A DNA stretch of 64,000 bases from Spirochaetota bacterium (GTDB lineage Bacteria > Spirochaetota > UBA4802 > UB4802), in assembly GCA_029907515.1 (NCBI GenBank), contig JARYLT010000004.1, positions 1,746 through 65,745 on the forward strand, read 5' to 3'. This document shows, piece by piece, positions 13,470 to 23,602 of the stretch; the stretch's first letter is position 1, and every line of letters begins with the position of its first letter. A model generated the notes under the pieces. The model had not been told where the DNA came from. It ran no database searches and saw nothing but the letters and a program-made list of their open reading frames with translations. Made by a program: the position numbers and the translations under genes.

Positions 13470-14087
13470 ATGAAAAAGGCTTTAATTGGCAGAAAGATAG
13501 GGATGAGTCAGATGTTTTTAGACGATGGGACAGTGGTTCCTGTTACTGTATGTGAACTTGGTCCGTGCGTTGTTGTACAGAAGAAGACCGTTGAAAAGGA
13601 CGGATATAATGCATTGAAGCTGGGATATGGTGAAGCAAAAGCTCATCGTCTTACAAAACCTATATTACAGGATTTGAAGAAAAGGAATCTTCCTTTGCTG
13701 AAAGTGTTCAGGGAAGTTGAAAATTTTGATGAAAATCTTCAAGAAGGAAGTGTTATTACCTGTGAGATATTTACTGAAAACCAGATGGTTGATGTTACCG
13801 GCATTTCCAAGGGAAAGGGATTTGCTGGAGTTATTAAAAGGCATGGATTCCATGGTGGAAGGGAAACTCATGGATCAAACTTCCACAGAGCTCCTGGCTC
13901 CATAGGTGCAAACACATTCCCTGCTGAAGTTTGGAAGGGGAAAAAATTGCCAGGAAGACATGGTGGAAAAACTGTTACCGTTAAAAATTTAAAGATAGTT
14001 AAGATAATCAAAGATAAGAATTTAGTATTAATATCTGGTGCTGTCCCTGGTACCGTGAATTCAATTATTACAGTACAAAGCAAATAG
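13470..14087 (+). CDS. rplC: 50S ribosomal protein L3
   Basis: 205 aa, GRKIGMSQMF...GKGFAGVIKRHGF. S10-operon order. Confidence 0.96.
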   Translation: MKKALIGRKIGMSQMFLDDGTVVPVTVCELGPCVVVQKKTVEKDGYNALKLGYGEAKAHRLTKPILQDLKKRNLPLLKVFREVENFDENLQEGSVITCEIFTENQMVDVTGISKGKGFAGVIKRHGFHGGRETHGSNFHRAPGSIGANTFPAEVWKGKKLPGRHGGKTVTVKNLKIVKIIKDKNLVLISGAVPGTVNSIITVQSK

Positions 14088-14098
14088 GCAGGGTTATT

Positions 14099-14725
14099 AT
14101 GGTTGTTGATGTTTATACAGTTGATGGAAACGTTAAAGGACAGATTGAGTTGAATGAAACCATCTTTAATGCAAAGATTAATGATGTTCTGATATATGAA
14201 TTGATTAAGGCTGCAAATGCCAATTTACGTCAGGGAACTCATGATACACGAGAGCGCTGTGATGTTTCGGGTGGTGGAGCAAAGCCATGGAGGCAGAAAG
14301 GTACTGGTAGAGCACGCCAGGGGTCAATAAGGGCTCCACAGTGGAAAGGAGGTGGCGTTGTATTTGGGCCACATCCACGCGACTATCGTATTGAATTACC
14401 CAAAGGCATTCGGCAGGAAGCGTATCGTTCATTACTGTCATTGAAGTTTAAAGAAGGTGCAATCAAGGTTGTTGAAGATTTCAAAGTAGAAAGTGGAAAA
14501 ACTAAGGATATAGCTTCAATAGCTAAAAAGCTTAATATTAAAAAAGGTGTACTCATCATAGATAGTGAAGATAGCATGCTGAAGAGAGCAATACGAAATA
14601 TTCCATGGTTTGTGTATAACAACGTAAAGCGGTTATCAAGCAGGGATATATTCTATACTCAGACAGTTTTAATAACCGAGAGTGCTGCAAAAATTATTAA
14701 TTCCAAGTATGCAAAAGGTGAGTAA
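14099..14725 (+). CDS. rplD: 50S ribosomal protein L4
   Basis: 208 aa, GGGAKPWRQKGTGRARQGSIRAPQW motif. Confidence 0.96.
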   Translation: MVVDVYTVDGNVKGQIELNETIFNAKINDVLIYELIKAANANLRQGTHDTRERCDVSGGGAKPWRQKGTGRARQGSIRAPQWKGGGVVFGPHPRDYRIELPKGIRQEAYRSLLSLKFKEGAIKVVEDFKVESGKTKDIASIAKKLNIKKGVLIIDSEDSMLKRAIRNIPWFVYNNVKRLSSRDIFYTQTVLITESAAKIINSKYAKGE

Positions 14726-14727
14726 TT

Positions 14728-15012
14728 ATGGATGTTAATGATATCATCATACGCCCTGTTATTACAGAAAAGGCAACTGAACTTGCAAAACAAAACAAAT
14801 ACGTGTTTAGAGTACACAAGAAAGCAAATAAAGATATGATAGAAAAGGCTATAAGCAGTATTTTTGGTGTTACACCAGTAAAAGTAAATGTTATGATTGT
14901 ACGGGGCAAACGTAAAAGAGTACGGTATAACTACGGATATACAGCATCATGGAAAAAGGCGATAGTTACGTTAAAAGAAGGCGATAAAATTGAAGTTTTT
15001 GAATCAAAATAA
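14728..15012 (+). CDS. rplW: 50S ribosomal protein L23
   Basis: 94 aa, IIRPVITEKA...FRVHKKANK. Operon position. Confidence 0.95.
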   Translation: MDVNDIIIRPVITEKATELAKQNKYVFRVHKKANKDMIEKAISSIFGVTPVKVNVMIVRGKRKRVRYNYGYTASWKKAIVTLKEGDKIEVFESK

Positions 15013-15045
15013 GAAATTTTTACTATAGCGATAAAGGTAACGACA

Positions 15046-15870
15046 ATGGGTTTGAAAAAGTATCGACCATTAACACCAACATTACGATATCAGACAGTGC
15101 TGGATTTCAGTGAGATTACCACTGATGAACCGTTGAAGTCGCTTACAAAGGGCAAGAAAAGTTATGCAGGTAGAGGCTTTAATGGGCAGGTTTCTGTCAG
15201 AAGAAAAGGTGGTGGGCATAAGCGCCGCTATAGAATTATTGATTTCAAGCGCAATAAATATAATATAGAAGGCAAGGTTGCTTCATTAGAATATGATCCA
15301 AACCGAAGTGCAAATATTGCTTTAATCGTTTATAAAGACGGTGAAAAAAGGTACATTATTGCACCAGATTCGGTAAAGGTTGGTGATACGATAGTTTCTG
15401 GCGAAAATGTCGAGGTTAAACCAGGCAATGCAATGCCTTTAAAAAACATACCGGATGGGACCAATATTTATAATATTGAGTTGCATAAAGGCAAAGGTGG
15501 ACAGTTAGTGCGTTCAGCAGGCACAAGTGCCGTTATAACCGCAAAAGAAGGTGATTATTGCCTGATTAAATTACCCTCCGGCGAGATCAGAAAGATACAT
15601 TGTGAATGCTATGCAACAATTGGTGAAGTATGTAATAAAGATCATATTAACGTTGATATTGGCAAGGCTGGAAGAAGTAGATGGTTAGGTAGAAGGCCAA
15701 AGGTAAGAGGTGTTGCAATGAACCCGGTTGACCATCCGCTTGGTGGTGGCGAAGGTAAATCGTCCGGAGGAAGGCACCCCTGTTCTCCAACTGGCAAACC
15801 TACCAAAGGGTATAAGACCAGGAAGAAGAAAAAATACAGTGACAAAATGATTATTAAACGAAGGAAGTAA
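15046..15870 (+). CDS. rplB: 50S ribosomal protein L2
   Basis: 274 aa, [22 protein letters not shown] and [15 protein letters not shown] motifs. Confidence 0.97.
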   Translation: MGLKKYRPLTPTLRYQTVLDFSEITTDEPLKSLTKGKKSYAGRGFNGQVSVRRKGGGHKRRYRIIDFKRNKYNIEGKVASLEYDPNRSANIALIVYKDGEKRYIIAPDSVKVGDTIVSGENVEVKPGNAMPLKNIPDGTNIYNIELHKGKGGQLVRSAGTSAVITAKEGDYCLIKLPSGEIRKIHCECYATIGEVCNKDHINVDIGKAGRSRWLGRRPKVRGVAMNPVDHPLGGGEGKSSGGRHPCSPTGKPTKGYKTRKKKKYSDKMIIKRRK

Positions 15871-15875
15871 TTGCT

Positions 15876-16163
15876 ATGGCTCGTTCATTGAAAAAAGGAC
15901 CGTATGTTGATATAAAGTTATTTAAGAAAATTGAGGAAATGAACTCAACAAACACTAAAAAAGCCATTAAAACATGGTCACGAAGGTCAACGATATTCCC
16001 TGAGATGATTGGCCATACAATTATGGTCCACAATGGGAAGAATTTTATTCCGGTATATGTAACCGAGAATATGGTTGGACACAAATTGGGTGAGTTTGCA
16101 CCCACCCGAACTTTCAGAGGTCATGCAGGCAAAGATGATAAGGTAGCAAAGAGGGGCAAGTAA
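15876..16163 (+). CDS. rpsS: 30S ribosomal protein S19
   Basis: 95 aa, [12 protein letters not shown]...[27 protein letters not shown]. Confidence 0.97.
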   Translation: MARSLKKGPYVDIKLFKKIEEMNSTNTKKAIKTWSRRSTIFPEMIGHTIMVHNGKNFIPVYVTENMVGHKLGEFAPTRTFRGHAGKDDKVAKRGK

Positions 16164-16502
16164 ATGGAAACAAGGGCATTATCACGATATAACAGGATTT
16201 CTGCCAGTAAGGCACGCCTTGTTGCAAATGAAATACGGGGTTTTTCTTTTCCTGAAGCAATTGATATTTTAAAAGCAATACCCCGTAAAGCATCAAAGGT
16301 TATCATGAAAACGCTTTATTCAGCAGCGGCAAATGCTAAATATAGCAATCCTGAAGTACGGGAAAATAATTTATATATCAAGAAAGTTGTTGTGGATGAA
16401 GGACCCACAATGAAACGGTTCAGACCTCGTGCACGTGGGCGGGCTTCACGTATACGTAAAAGAACCAGTACAATTGAAATAATTTTATCTGATGAAAATT
16501 AA
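16164..16502 (+). CDS. rplV: 50S ribosomal protein L22
   Basis: 112 aa, ISASKARLVANEIRG...RPRARGRASRIRKRTSTI. Confidence 0.96.
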   Translation: METRALSRYNRISASKARLVANEIRGFSFPEAIDILKAIPRKASKVIMKTLYSAAANAKYSNPEVRENNLYIKKVVVDEGPTMKRFRPRARGRASRIRKRTSTIEIILSDEN

Positions 16503-16520
16503 TCAGTAAAAGGTGTAAGA

Positions 16521-17201
16521 ATGGGACAGAAAGTTAATCCAACAGGACTGAGAGTAGGAATAATACGAACATGGGATTCGGTATGGTTTGCTGAAAAGAA
16601 TGAGTATCGTAAAAATCTCCATGAAGACATTCAGATACGAAAGTATATAATGAATAAATTTAAAACTGCAGGAATTGCAAAGGTTGGCATTGAGCGATTC
16701 CCTGACAGAATTAATGTTTATATTCATACTGCAAGGCCGGGATTACTTATTGGCCGAAAGGGTGTTGATATAGAAAATTTGAAAGAAGAATTACAGAAGA
16801 AAGTTCAGAAAAATGTAAACATATATGTTCAGGAAGTTAAAAAACCTGAACGTGTAGCAAAGCTTGTAGCAGAACAGATTGCTGCGCAGATTGAAAATCG
16901 TTTCCCATACCGGAGAGCCATTAAGCAAGCTATAACTGCAGCAATGCGAAGCGGTGCACTGGGGATTAAGGTTAATATTTCAGGACGCTTGAATGGAGCT
17001 GAAATGGCCAGGGAAGAAGCCTATAAAGAAGGCAGAATCCCTCTGCATACATTACGAGCAGATATTGATTATGGATTTGCTGAAGCTCTCACCACATTTG
17101 GGCTTATAGGGGTTAAGGTGTGGATTTATAATGGCGATGTTCTATCAAATGCTGAGGAACAGGAAGAAGAGAAATTTGCATTACGAAAAAAATCACAATA
17201 A
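16521..17201 (+). CDS. rpsC: 30S ribosomal protein S3
   Basis: 226 aa, [13 protein letters not shown]..., KH domain, [10 protein letters not shown]. Confidence 0.97.
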   Translation: MGQKVNPTGLRVGIIRTWDSVWFAEKNEYRKNLHEDIQIRKYIMNKFKTAGIAKVGIERFPDRINVYIHTARPGLLIGRKGVDIENLKEELQKKVQKNVNIYVQEVKKPERVAKLVAEQIAAQIENRFPYRRAIKQAITAAMRSGALGIKVNISGRLNGAEMAREEAYKEGRIPLHTLRADIDYGFAEALTTFGLIGVKVWIYNGDVLSNAEEQEEEKFALRKKSQ

Positions 17202-17221
17202 TTGAATAAAGGTGAACAACA

Positions 17222-17638
17222 ATGTTAATGCCCAACAGAACAAGGTATAGAAAAGTTCATCGTGGACGAATGAAGGGAAAGGCAGTTCGTGGTTCTACTA
17301 TCCATTTTGGCGAGTATGCGTTAAAATCAATTGAATGCGGTGAGATCAATTCTCGTCAGATTGAAGCGGCACGTATTGCTATCAGCCGTAAGGTTAAGCG
17401 TGGTGGCAAGCTGTGGATTAGAATTTTTCCTGACAGGCCTTTTACCAAAAAGCCAGCAGAAACACGAATGGGTAAAGGAAAAGGTAACCCTGAAGGATTT
17501 GTTGCACGTATTAAGCCAGGAAGAATATTGTTTGAACTGGCCGGTATTGACGATGCAGTTGCTCGTGAAGCGTTGTTACTGGCAGCTCATAAATTACCAG
17601 TTAAAACCAAGATAATATCAATACATGATAATAATTAG
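17222..17638 (+). CDS. rplP: 50S ribosomal protein L16
   Basis: 138 aa, [19 protein letters not shown]...RMGKGKG. Confidence 0.97.
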   Translation: MLMPNRTRYRKVHRGRMKGKAVRGSTIHFGEYALKSIECGEINSRQIEAARIAISRKVKRGGKLWIRIFPDRPFTKKPAETRMGKGKGNPEGFVARIKPGRILFELAGIDDAVAREALLLAAHKLPVKTKIISIHDNN

Positions 17639-17653
17639 TTCTGGAGTTGTTCA

Positions 17654-17863
17654 ATGAAGGGTAAATTAGATGAATTGACAATAGATGAATTGCAAAGAAC
17701 GTTACAGGAAGCAAAGGAAGAGTTACGGAAAGAGCGATTCAAAAGGACAGTGAGCAGGGTTGAAAATCCCAAAAAGGCACTGCAGCTTAAAAAGCAGATT
17801 GCAAGGATTTTAACATTGCTCAGAGAGTATGAGTTGGGCAAAAGGACTTTACGAAGTAAATAA
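17654..17863 (+). CDS. rpmC: 50S ribosomal protein L29
   Basis: 69 aa helical protein with ELRKERFK, in the position after rplP. Confidence 0.9.
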   Translation: MKGKLDELTIDELQRTLQEAKEELRKERFKRTVSRVENPKKALQLKKQIARILTLLREYELGKRTLRSK

Positions 17864-17881
17864 TTTTGGTGGTAGATAGTT

Positions 17882-18136
17882 ATGGAAGGCAAAAACCGAA
17901 AACAAATCGTTGGTAAAGTGATAAGCAATAAAATGGATAAGACAGTAGTTGTTGAGATTGAAAGGATGATGATGCATCCTAAATATCATAAGTTTGTACG
18001 TAAAACCAAAAAAGTAAAAAGCCATGATGAACGCAATGAGTGTTCAATTGGAGATATTGTTCTTATAGAAGAAACAAGACCTTTGTCTAAGGAAAAGCGT
18101 TATCGTTTAGTGAAGATAGTTGAAAAGGTAAAATAG
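17882..18136 (+). CDS. rpsQ: 30S ribosomal protein S17
   Basis: 84 aa, [18 protein letters not shown]...HPKYHKF...HDE. Confidence 0.95.
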   Translation: MEGKNRKQIVGKVISNKMDKTVVVEIERMMMHPKYHKFVRKTKKVKSHDERNECSIGDIVLIEETRPLSKEKRYRLVKIVEKVK

Positions 18137-18146
18137 GGTTAGAGCT

Positions 18147-18539
18147 ATGATTCAGGTTCAAACAATGCTAGAAGTTGCTGATAACAGTGGTGTAAAAAGA
18201 GTGCAGTGTATAAAAATATTAGGTGGGACCAAGAGGCGATATGCTTCTGTTGGTGATGTCATTATTGTTGCTGTAAAAGATGCACATCCATCATATGGAT
18301 TGAAGGATTCAACCGGGAAGAAAGTTCATGGCAAGGCGGTTTTACGAGCAGTGGTAGTGCGGACAACTAAACCTGTACGGCGACCTGATGGTTCATATAT
18401 ACGGTTTGATGATAATGCAGTTGCAATTATCGATACTAAAGGTGAGCCCAGAGGTTCCCGTATATTTGGTCCGGTAGCTCGTGAATTGCGTGACAGAAAT
18501 TTTTTGAAGATAGTTTCGTTAGCTCCAGAGGTTTTATAA
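18147..18539 (+). CDS. rplN: 50S ribosomal protein L14
   Basis: 130 aa, [15 protein letters not shown]...[11 protein letters not shown]...SLAPEVL. Has an insert of about 8 aa ([12 protein letters not shown] region) relative to the usual ~122 aa form. Confidence 0.96.
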   Translation: MIQVQTMLEVADNSGVKRVQCIKILGGTKRRYASVGDVIIVAVKDAHPSYGLKDSTGKKVHGKAVLRAVVVRTTKPVRRPDGSYIRFDDNAVAIIDTKGEPRGSRIFGPVARELRDRNFLKIVSLAPEVL

Positions 18540-18551
18540 AAAGGTGTTACT

Positions 18552-18869
18552 ATGATACGAACTCGATTAAAAAAAGATGATCTTGTAATGGTGACTACAG
18601 GCGCTGATAAAGGCAAACGTGGTAAAGTGTTGTTTGTTGATACAAAGCGCGGTAGGGTAATTATAGAAGGTGTTAATTTGCGAAAGAAATATGTGAGGCC
18701 TTCACAGGAAAACCCCAAAGGTGGGCAGATAGAATTGCCATACCCAATTAATATTTCAAATGTAATGGTATTTTGCGAAAAATGCAAAAAAGCTGTAAGG
18801 GTTGGCATCAAGATAGATGGTGATGCAAAATATCGCGTATGTAAAAAATGTGGTAAACGAATTGATTAG
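18552..18869 (+). CDS. rplX: 50S ribosomal protein L24 with a CxxC...CxxC C-terminal segment
   Basis: 105 aa with a KOW motif ([20 protein letters not shown]). The C-terminal part reads FCEKCKK-x17-CKKCGK. Confidence 0.95.
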   Translation: MIRTRLKKDDLVMVTTGADKGKRGKVLFVDTKRGRVIIEGVNLRKKYVRPSQENPKGGQIELPYPINISNVMVFCEKCKKAVRVGIKIDGDAKYRVCKKCGKRID

Positions 18870-18880
18870 TGAGGGAAATA

Positions 18881-19429
18881 ATGGCAGCACGATTGCGTAT
18901 ACTATATGAAAAGGAAATAAAGAAGCGGCTGATGGATAAATTTAAATATTCATCAGTTATGCAGATTCCTAAAATTGAAAAAATTGTTTTGAATGTTGGT
19001 GAAGGTGAAGCTCATTCTAATCCTAACCTGCTTAAATCAATTATTGAGGAACTGTCGCTTATTACCGGTCAGAGAGCGGTTAAAACTGTAGCGCGGAAAT
19101 CAATTGCAGCGTTTAAAATCCGTGAGGGGTATGATGTTGGTGCTCGTGTTACGTTGCGTGGTGACAAGATGTATGAGTTTTTAGACAGGCTTGTGAATGT
19201 TGCTCTGCCACGAGTACGTGACTTCCGGGGACTATCGCCCAATTCATTTGATAATGCAGGTAATTATAATTTTTCAGTAAAAGAGCAGATAATTTTCCCG
19301 GAGATAAACCTGGATAAAGTTGAGAAAATCTATGGGATTAATATAACAATTAAAACAACAGCAAAAAATGCCAGTGAGGCACGTGCGTTGCTTGAAGAAT
19401 TCAGATTTCCATTCCAAGAAGCGAGGTAA
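18881..19429 (+). CDS. rplE: 50S ribosomal protein L5
   Basis: The ATG at 18881 gives [40 protein letters not shown], colinear with known L5 N-termini, with GAGGG RBS 6-7 nt upstream. The ORF track starts 4 codons earlier, at a GTG (18869). Confidence 0.95.
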   Translation: MAARLRILYEKEIKKRLMDKFKYSSVMQIPKIEKIVLNVGEGEAHSNPNLLKSIIEELSLITGQRAVKTVARKSIAAFKIREGYDVGARVTLRGDKMYEFLDRLVNVALPRVRDFRGLSPNSFDNAGNYNFSVKEQIIFPEINLDKVEKIYGINITIKTTAKNASEARALLEEFRFPFQEAR

Positions 19430-19434
19430 GTCAG

Positions 19435-19620
19435 GTGGCTAGCGAAAGAATGTTTGCAAAGGCCCGAAGAGAGCCTAAGTTTAAGATTCGTCAGAGAAAT
19501 AGATGTAAAGTATGTGGCAGGCCAAGGGGCTACTACAGGCGGTTTGAACTTTGCAGGGTTTGTTTGCGGAAGTTGGCCGGTGAAGGCCTAATCCCGGGTG
19601 TTAAAAAATCATCCTGGTAA
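19435..19620 (+). CDS. rpsN: 30S ribosomal protein S14, short zinc-binding type (type Z)
   Basis: 61 aa, GTG start, [20 protein letters not shown] zinc ribbon. spc-operon position. Confidence 0.95.
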   Translation: MASERMFAKARREPKFKIRQRNRCKVCGRPRGYYRRFELCRVCLRKLAGEGLIPGVKKSSW

Positions 19621-19644
19621 AATTTAATAGGGAGTATAAGCGTT

Positions 19645-20046
19645 ATGAGTTGTATTTCTGATCCAATTGCAGATATGTTGACCCGAATGCGAAATGCAAT
19701 TAATGCAGGACACGTTAAAGTTGATATACCCTCATCAAAAATGAAAATGGCAATTGCAAAGATTTTAAAAGATGAAGGTTTTATAAAAAACTATAAACTT
19801 ATTGAAGATAACAAGCAGAAAACATTACGAATTTATCTTAAATATAGCGCAGATAATCAGCCGGCTATTATTCAGATGAAACGAATAAGCTCTCCAGGAA
19901 GAAGAGTATATATTAAGGCCGAGGATCTTAAGCCGGTATATAACAATATGGGTATTATGATTCTTTCTACATCAAAGGGTATTATTACTAATAAGGCCGC
20001 CAAACAGTTGAATATTGGCGGAGAAGCTTTATGTGAGATTCTATAA
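19645..20046 (+). CDS. rpsH: 30S ribosomal protein S8
   Basis: 133 aa, DPIADMLTRMRNA...TSKGIITNKAAKQLNIGGEALCEI. Confidence 0.96.
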   Translation: MSCISDPIADMLTRMRNAINAGHVKVDIPSSKMKMAIAKILKDEGFIKNYKLIEDNKQKTLRIYLKYSADNQPAIIQMKRISSPGRRVYIKAEDLKPVYNNMGIMILSTSKGIITNKAAKQLNIGGEALCEIL

Positions 20047-20059
20047 GGGGCAGCCGGAT

Positions 20060-20605
20060 ATGTCTAGAATAGGGAAAAAACCGATAGTGATACCAAATGG
20101 TGTATCAGTTGATCTGAGTGGTGAAATGATTACTGTTAAAGGTCCTTTAGGAACCTTGCAATATAAATTGCAGGATGCTATTAATGTAGTTATTGATAAC
20201 AATGTTATTAATATAGCAAAAAAGGATGAACAGTCCAAAGACAAGAAAGTCAATGCATTATGGGGATTAACAAGGGCATTGATACATAATATGGTTGTTG
20301 GCGTTTCAAGTGGATTTGAAAAAAATTTGGAGATAGTTGGTGTTGGATACAGGGCAACCCAGAAAAGCAACGATGTTGAGTTTCAGCTTGGGTATTCCCA
20401 TAGCATACTGTTTTCACCGCCTGCTGGAATAAAGGTTGAAGTCGTTGAGCCAACAAAATTAAAAGTTAAAGGCGTTGATAAACAGTTAGTTGGCCAGGTG
20501 GCAGCAAATATTCGCAAATTACGCCCACCAGAACCATATAAAGGCAAGGGTATCCGTTATAAGGATGAACAGATACGAAGAAAAGCTGGCAAGACCGGTA
20601 AGTAA
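20060..20605 (+). CDS. rplF: 50S ribosomal protein L6
   Basis: The ATG at 20060 gives MSRIGKKPIVIPNGV, a canonical L6 N-terminus, with AAGGGG RBS. The ORF track extends 15 codons upstream into rpsH. Confidence 0.95.
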   Translation: MSRIGKKPIVIPNGVSVDLSGEMITVKGPLGTLQYKLQDAINVVIDNNVINIAKKDEQSKDKKVNALWGLTRALIHNMVVGVSSGFEKNLEIVGVGYRATQKSNDVEFQLGYSHSILFSPPAGIKVEVVEPTKLKVKGVDKQLVGQVAANIRKLRPPEPYKGKGIRYKDEQIRRKAGKTGK

Positions 20606-20633
20606 GACTATTTGGGTGTAAAGGATAGTAATT

Positions 20634-20999
20634 ATGAATAGATTGAAATTGAAAAAAGTAAGATTCATGCGCAGAAGAATGCGTGTAAAATCCAAAATCA
20701 GAGCCAATACTCAGCGGCCGCGTATGTGTATTTCACGAAGCAATAAAAATTTCTATGTGCAGATTATTGATGACAGTAAGGGTCATACGCTGGTGAGTGC
20801 TTCAACTCTTGAGAAGGATTTTCCAATAACCAAGCACCGAAGTAATAAAGCAGCAGCAAAGGAATTAGGCAAAATCATTGCCCAGAGAGCTGTGGCAAAA
20901 AATATAAAACAGGTTGTCTTTGACAGAAATGGTTATCTTTATCATGGAAAGATAAAGGAATTTGCTGATGCAGCCCGCGAAAATGGATTAGAATTTTAG
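20634..20999 (+). CDS. rplR: 50S ribosomal protein L18
   Basis: 121 aa, [20 protein letters not shown]...[26 protein letters not shown]. Confidence 0.96.
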   Translation: MNRLKLKKVRFMRRRMRVKSKIRANTQRPRMCISRSNKNFYVQIIDDSKGHTLVSASTLEKDFPITKHRSNKAAAKELGKIIAQRAVAKNIKQVVFDRNGYLYHGKIKEFADAARENGLEF

Positions 21000-21004
21000 G
21001 GGAG

Positions 21005-21526
21005 ATGGTAATGAAGATTTTGAAAAAACGTGTAAAGCCTGAAGGACTGGAGTTATCCGAAAAGATAATTATCATCAACCGAGTTGCTAAGGTTGTAAAA
21101 GGTGGTAGAAGGTTTTCTTTCAATGCCATGTCTGTTGTTGGTGATAATAAAGGACATGTTGGTATAGGATTTGGGAAAGCCAATGAAGTGCCAGATGCTA
21201 TTCGTAAAAGTGTTGAGGATGCCAAAAAGAATTTATATAAAATAAATGTTAATAAAAACACTATACCCCATGAGGTTATTGGAAGATTTAAATCAACGCG
21301 CGTTATCTTAAAGCCTGCTGCTCCTGGTACAGGACTTATTGCCGGTGATTCAGTTAGAGCAGTTGTGGAAAAGGCAGGCATTGTGGATATATTATCAAAG
21401 ACCCTGGGGTCACGAAACCCGGTTAATGTTACCAAAGCAACGATAAATGGCTTATTGCAATTGCGAAGCCTGAAGGAAGCAGCCGATTTACGTGAAGTAC
21501 CGTTACCAAAGTTATGGCAACCATAA
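21005..21526 (+). CDS. rpsE: 30S ribosomal protein S5
   Basis: 173 aa, [16 protein letters not shown]...[14 protein letters not shown]. The ATG at 21011 is an alternative start with better spacing from the GGGGAG RBS. Confidence 0.95.
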   Translation: MVMKILKKRVKPEGLELSEKIIIINRVAKVVKGGRRFSFNAMSVVGDNKGHVGIGFGKANEVPDAIRKSVEDAKKNLYKINVNKNTIPHEVIGRFKSTRVILKPAAPGTGLIAGDSVRAVVEKAGIVDILSKTLGSRNPVNVTKATINGLLQLRSLKEAADLREVPLPKLWQP

Positions 21527-21535
21527 GAGGTGTAT

Positions 21536-21724
21536 ATGGCTAAGAAATTACGTGTAAAACAGATACGAAGTTATATAAGTGCAAAACCAAAGCAAAAAGC
21601 AACCCTGAGGGCTTTAGGATTGCGGAAAATAAATGCAGAAAGAGTACATGATGATACTCCTGTAATCAGGGGAATGCTTCAAGTTGTAAAACATATGGTT
21701 GAAGTTTTAGAGATTAACGAATAA
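21536..21724 (+). CDS. rpmD: 50S ribosomal protein L30
   Basis: MAKKLRVKQIRSYISAKPKQKATLRALGLRKIN. AGAGG RBS 5 nt upstream of the ATG at 21536. The track starts at a GTG at 21530. Confidence 0.9.
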   Translation: MAKKLRVKQIRSYISAKPKQKATLRALGLRKINAERVHDDTPVIRGMLQVVKHMVEVLEINE

Positions 21725-21744
21725 AAGTAGTAGGTGTGAGTGTT

Positions 21745-22182
21745 ATGCAATATACATTAAAAAAACCTGAATATATAAAAAAGAAAAAGCGCATTGGGTG
21801 TGGCCCTGGAAGTGGTCATGGAAAAACAAGCTGTAAGGGGCATAAAGGGCAAAAAGCCAGGTCCGGTGCTCATTTTAAACCGGGTTTTGAAGGTGGGCAG
21901 ATGCCCTTGCAAAGAAGGGTTCCAAAACGTGGATTTAACAACGCACAATTTAAGGAAGAAGTGCAAATTATTAATATTAATGATATAGCAAAGTTAGGGA
22001 TTCAGGAAGTAACTCCTGAAGTTTTGTACCAGAAGGGTCTGATCAAATCACAGTTGTTGCCGGTGAAACTGCTTGCAAATGGGGATATCGCTTCAGCAGT
22101 TAAAGTTACTGTTGATGCAGTTTCATCTTCTGCAAAAGAGAAAATTGAAAAGGCCGGTGGAAGTGTTTCGCTTCGATCATAA
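21745..22182 (+). CDS. rplO: 50S ribosomal protein L15
   Basis: GCGPGSGHGKTSCKGHKGQKARSG motif. The ATG at 21745 follows an AGGTG RBS. The track starts at a GTG at 21736. Confidence 0.94.
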   Translation: MQYTLKKPEYIKKKKRIGCGPGSGHGKTSCKGHKGQKARSGAHFKPGFEGGQMPLQRRVPKRGFNNAQFKEEVQIININDIAKLGIQEVTPEVLYQKGLIKSQLLPVKLLANGDIASAVKVTVDAVSSSAKEKIEKAGGSVSLRS

Positions 22183-22208
22183 TTATATAAAGAGGTCATA
22201 AAGAAATA

Positions 22209-23555
22209 ATGCCAAATGTAATTACAAATATATTCAAAATTCCAGAACTGCGGAAAAGGGTGTTATTTACCCTTTTTATTTTGGTAGTATATCGTATTGG
22301 TGCACATATACCAATACCAGGGGTGAACATTGAGGCATTAAGTTCATATTTTGAGATGGCAGCAAAAAGCCATGGTGGGGGATTTGTTGATTTTTTTGAC
22401 CTTTTTGCAGGTGGTGCGCTGAAACGCTTTACCATATTTGCCTTAGGTATTATGCCGTATATTTCTGCATCAATTATAATGCAGCTGTTGACAGTTGTTA
22501 TTCCGGCCATAGAGAAGTTATCTAAAGAAGGGCCTGAAGGATATAAGAAGATAAACCAGTATACCCGTTATGGGACTGTGCTTTTGTGTGCGCTGCAGGG
22601 CTTTGGCCTCACGATGTGGATGAAATCCATGACATCCCCCAAGGGTACAGTTGTGCCTCAGGATGCCGGCATTGGCTTCATTATAGTTGCAGTACTTGCT
22701 ATTACTACTGGAACCATGATACTTATGTGGCTTGGCGAAATGATAACAGAACGAGGCATTGGTAATGGTATATCGCTAATCATTTATGCAGGTATTGTTG
22801 TTCGTGCTCCTTCAGCGTTTCTTGATACCATGAACAGAATAATCAGCAGAAGTGACCCTATTATTGCGCTCATACTGATTGCATTATTTATTGGGGTAGT
22901 GGCCGCATCAATACTGTTAACGCTGGGTGTACGGAAGATTCCAGTACAGTATGGCAAACGTGTTGTGGGAAGACGTATGGTGCAGATGGCATCACAGGCT
23001 ATACCTCTGCGAGTAAATGCGGCAGGCGTTATTCCAATCATATTTGCTTCTTCAGTTATTCTTTTTCCGGCACAGATAAGTAATATGCTGGGTGCAACAA
23101 AATACGCCATATTTACCAAGATGCAGTACTGGTTGTCACCGGGGCATACCGCATATATGATTATATACAGCTTGTTAATTATCTTTTTCTGCTATTTTTA
23201 TACGGCAATACAGTTTAACCCAAATGATCTGGCCGAAAATTTGAAAAAATACGGTGGATTTATACCGGGCATACGACCAGGGCAGAACACTGCTGATTAT
23301 ATTATGCATATATTAAACAGGATAACATTGCCAGGTTCTATCTTTTTGGCACTTATTGCGATAGTTCCTGATTTTATTATACGAATATGGCCTGAGGATG
23401 TATCACCAGAAATGGCATACCTTTTTGGTGGTACATCATTACTGATTATAGTTGGTGTGGCGCTGGATACATTAAAGCAGATAGAGTCACAGCTTTTAAT
23501 GAGACATTATGATGGCTTCTTTAAAAAAGGGCGTATAAAAGGTAGAAGATATTAA
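22209..23555 (+). CDS. secY: Preprotein translocase subunit SecY
   Basis: 448 aa polytopic membrane protein, LGIMPYISASIIMQLL and ITERGIGNGISLII motifs. Confidence 0.97.
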   Translation: MPNVITNIFKIPELRKRVLFTLFILVVYRIGAHIPIPGVNIEALSSYFEMAAKSHGGGFVDFFDLFAGGALKRFTIFALGIMPYISASIIMQLLTVVIPAIEKLSKEGPEGYKKINQYTRYGTVLLCALQGFGLTMWMKSMTSPKGTVVPQDAGIGFIIVAVLAITTGTMILMWLGEMITERGIGNGISLIIYAGIVVRAPSAFLDTMNRIISRSDPIIALILIALFIGVVAASILLTLGVRKIPVQYGKRVVGRRMVQMASQAIPLRVNAAGVIPIIFASSVILFPAQISNMLGATKYAIFTKMQYWLSPGHTAYMIIYSLLIIFFCYFYTAIQFNPNDLAENLKKYGGFIPGIRPGQNTADYIMHILNRITLPGSIFLALIAIVPDFIIRIWPEDVSPEMAYLFGGTSLLIIVGVALDTLKQIESQLLMRHYDGFFKKGRIKGRRY

Positions 23556-23602
23556 ATTTAAAAGCTATATTTATTTTTTATACAATTATATTTTGAGGCG
23601 TT

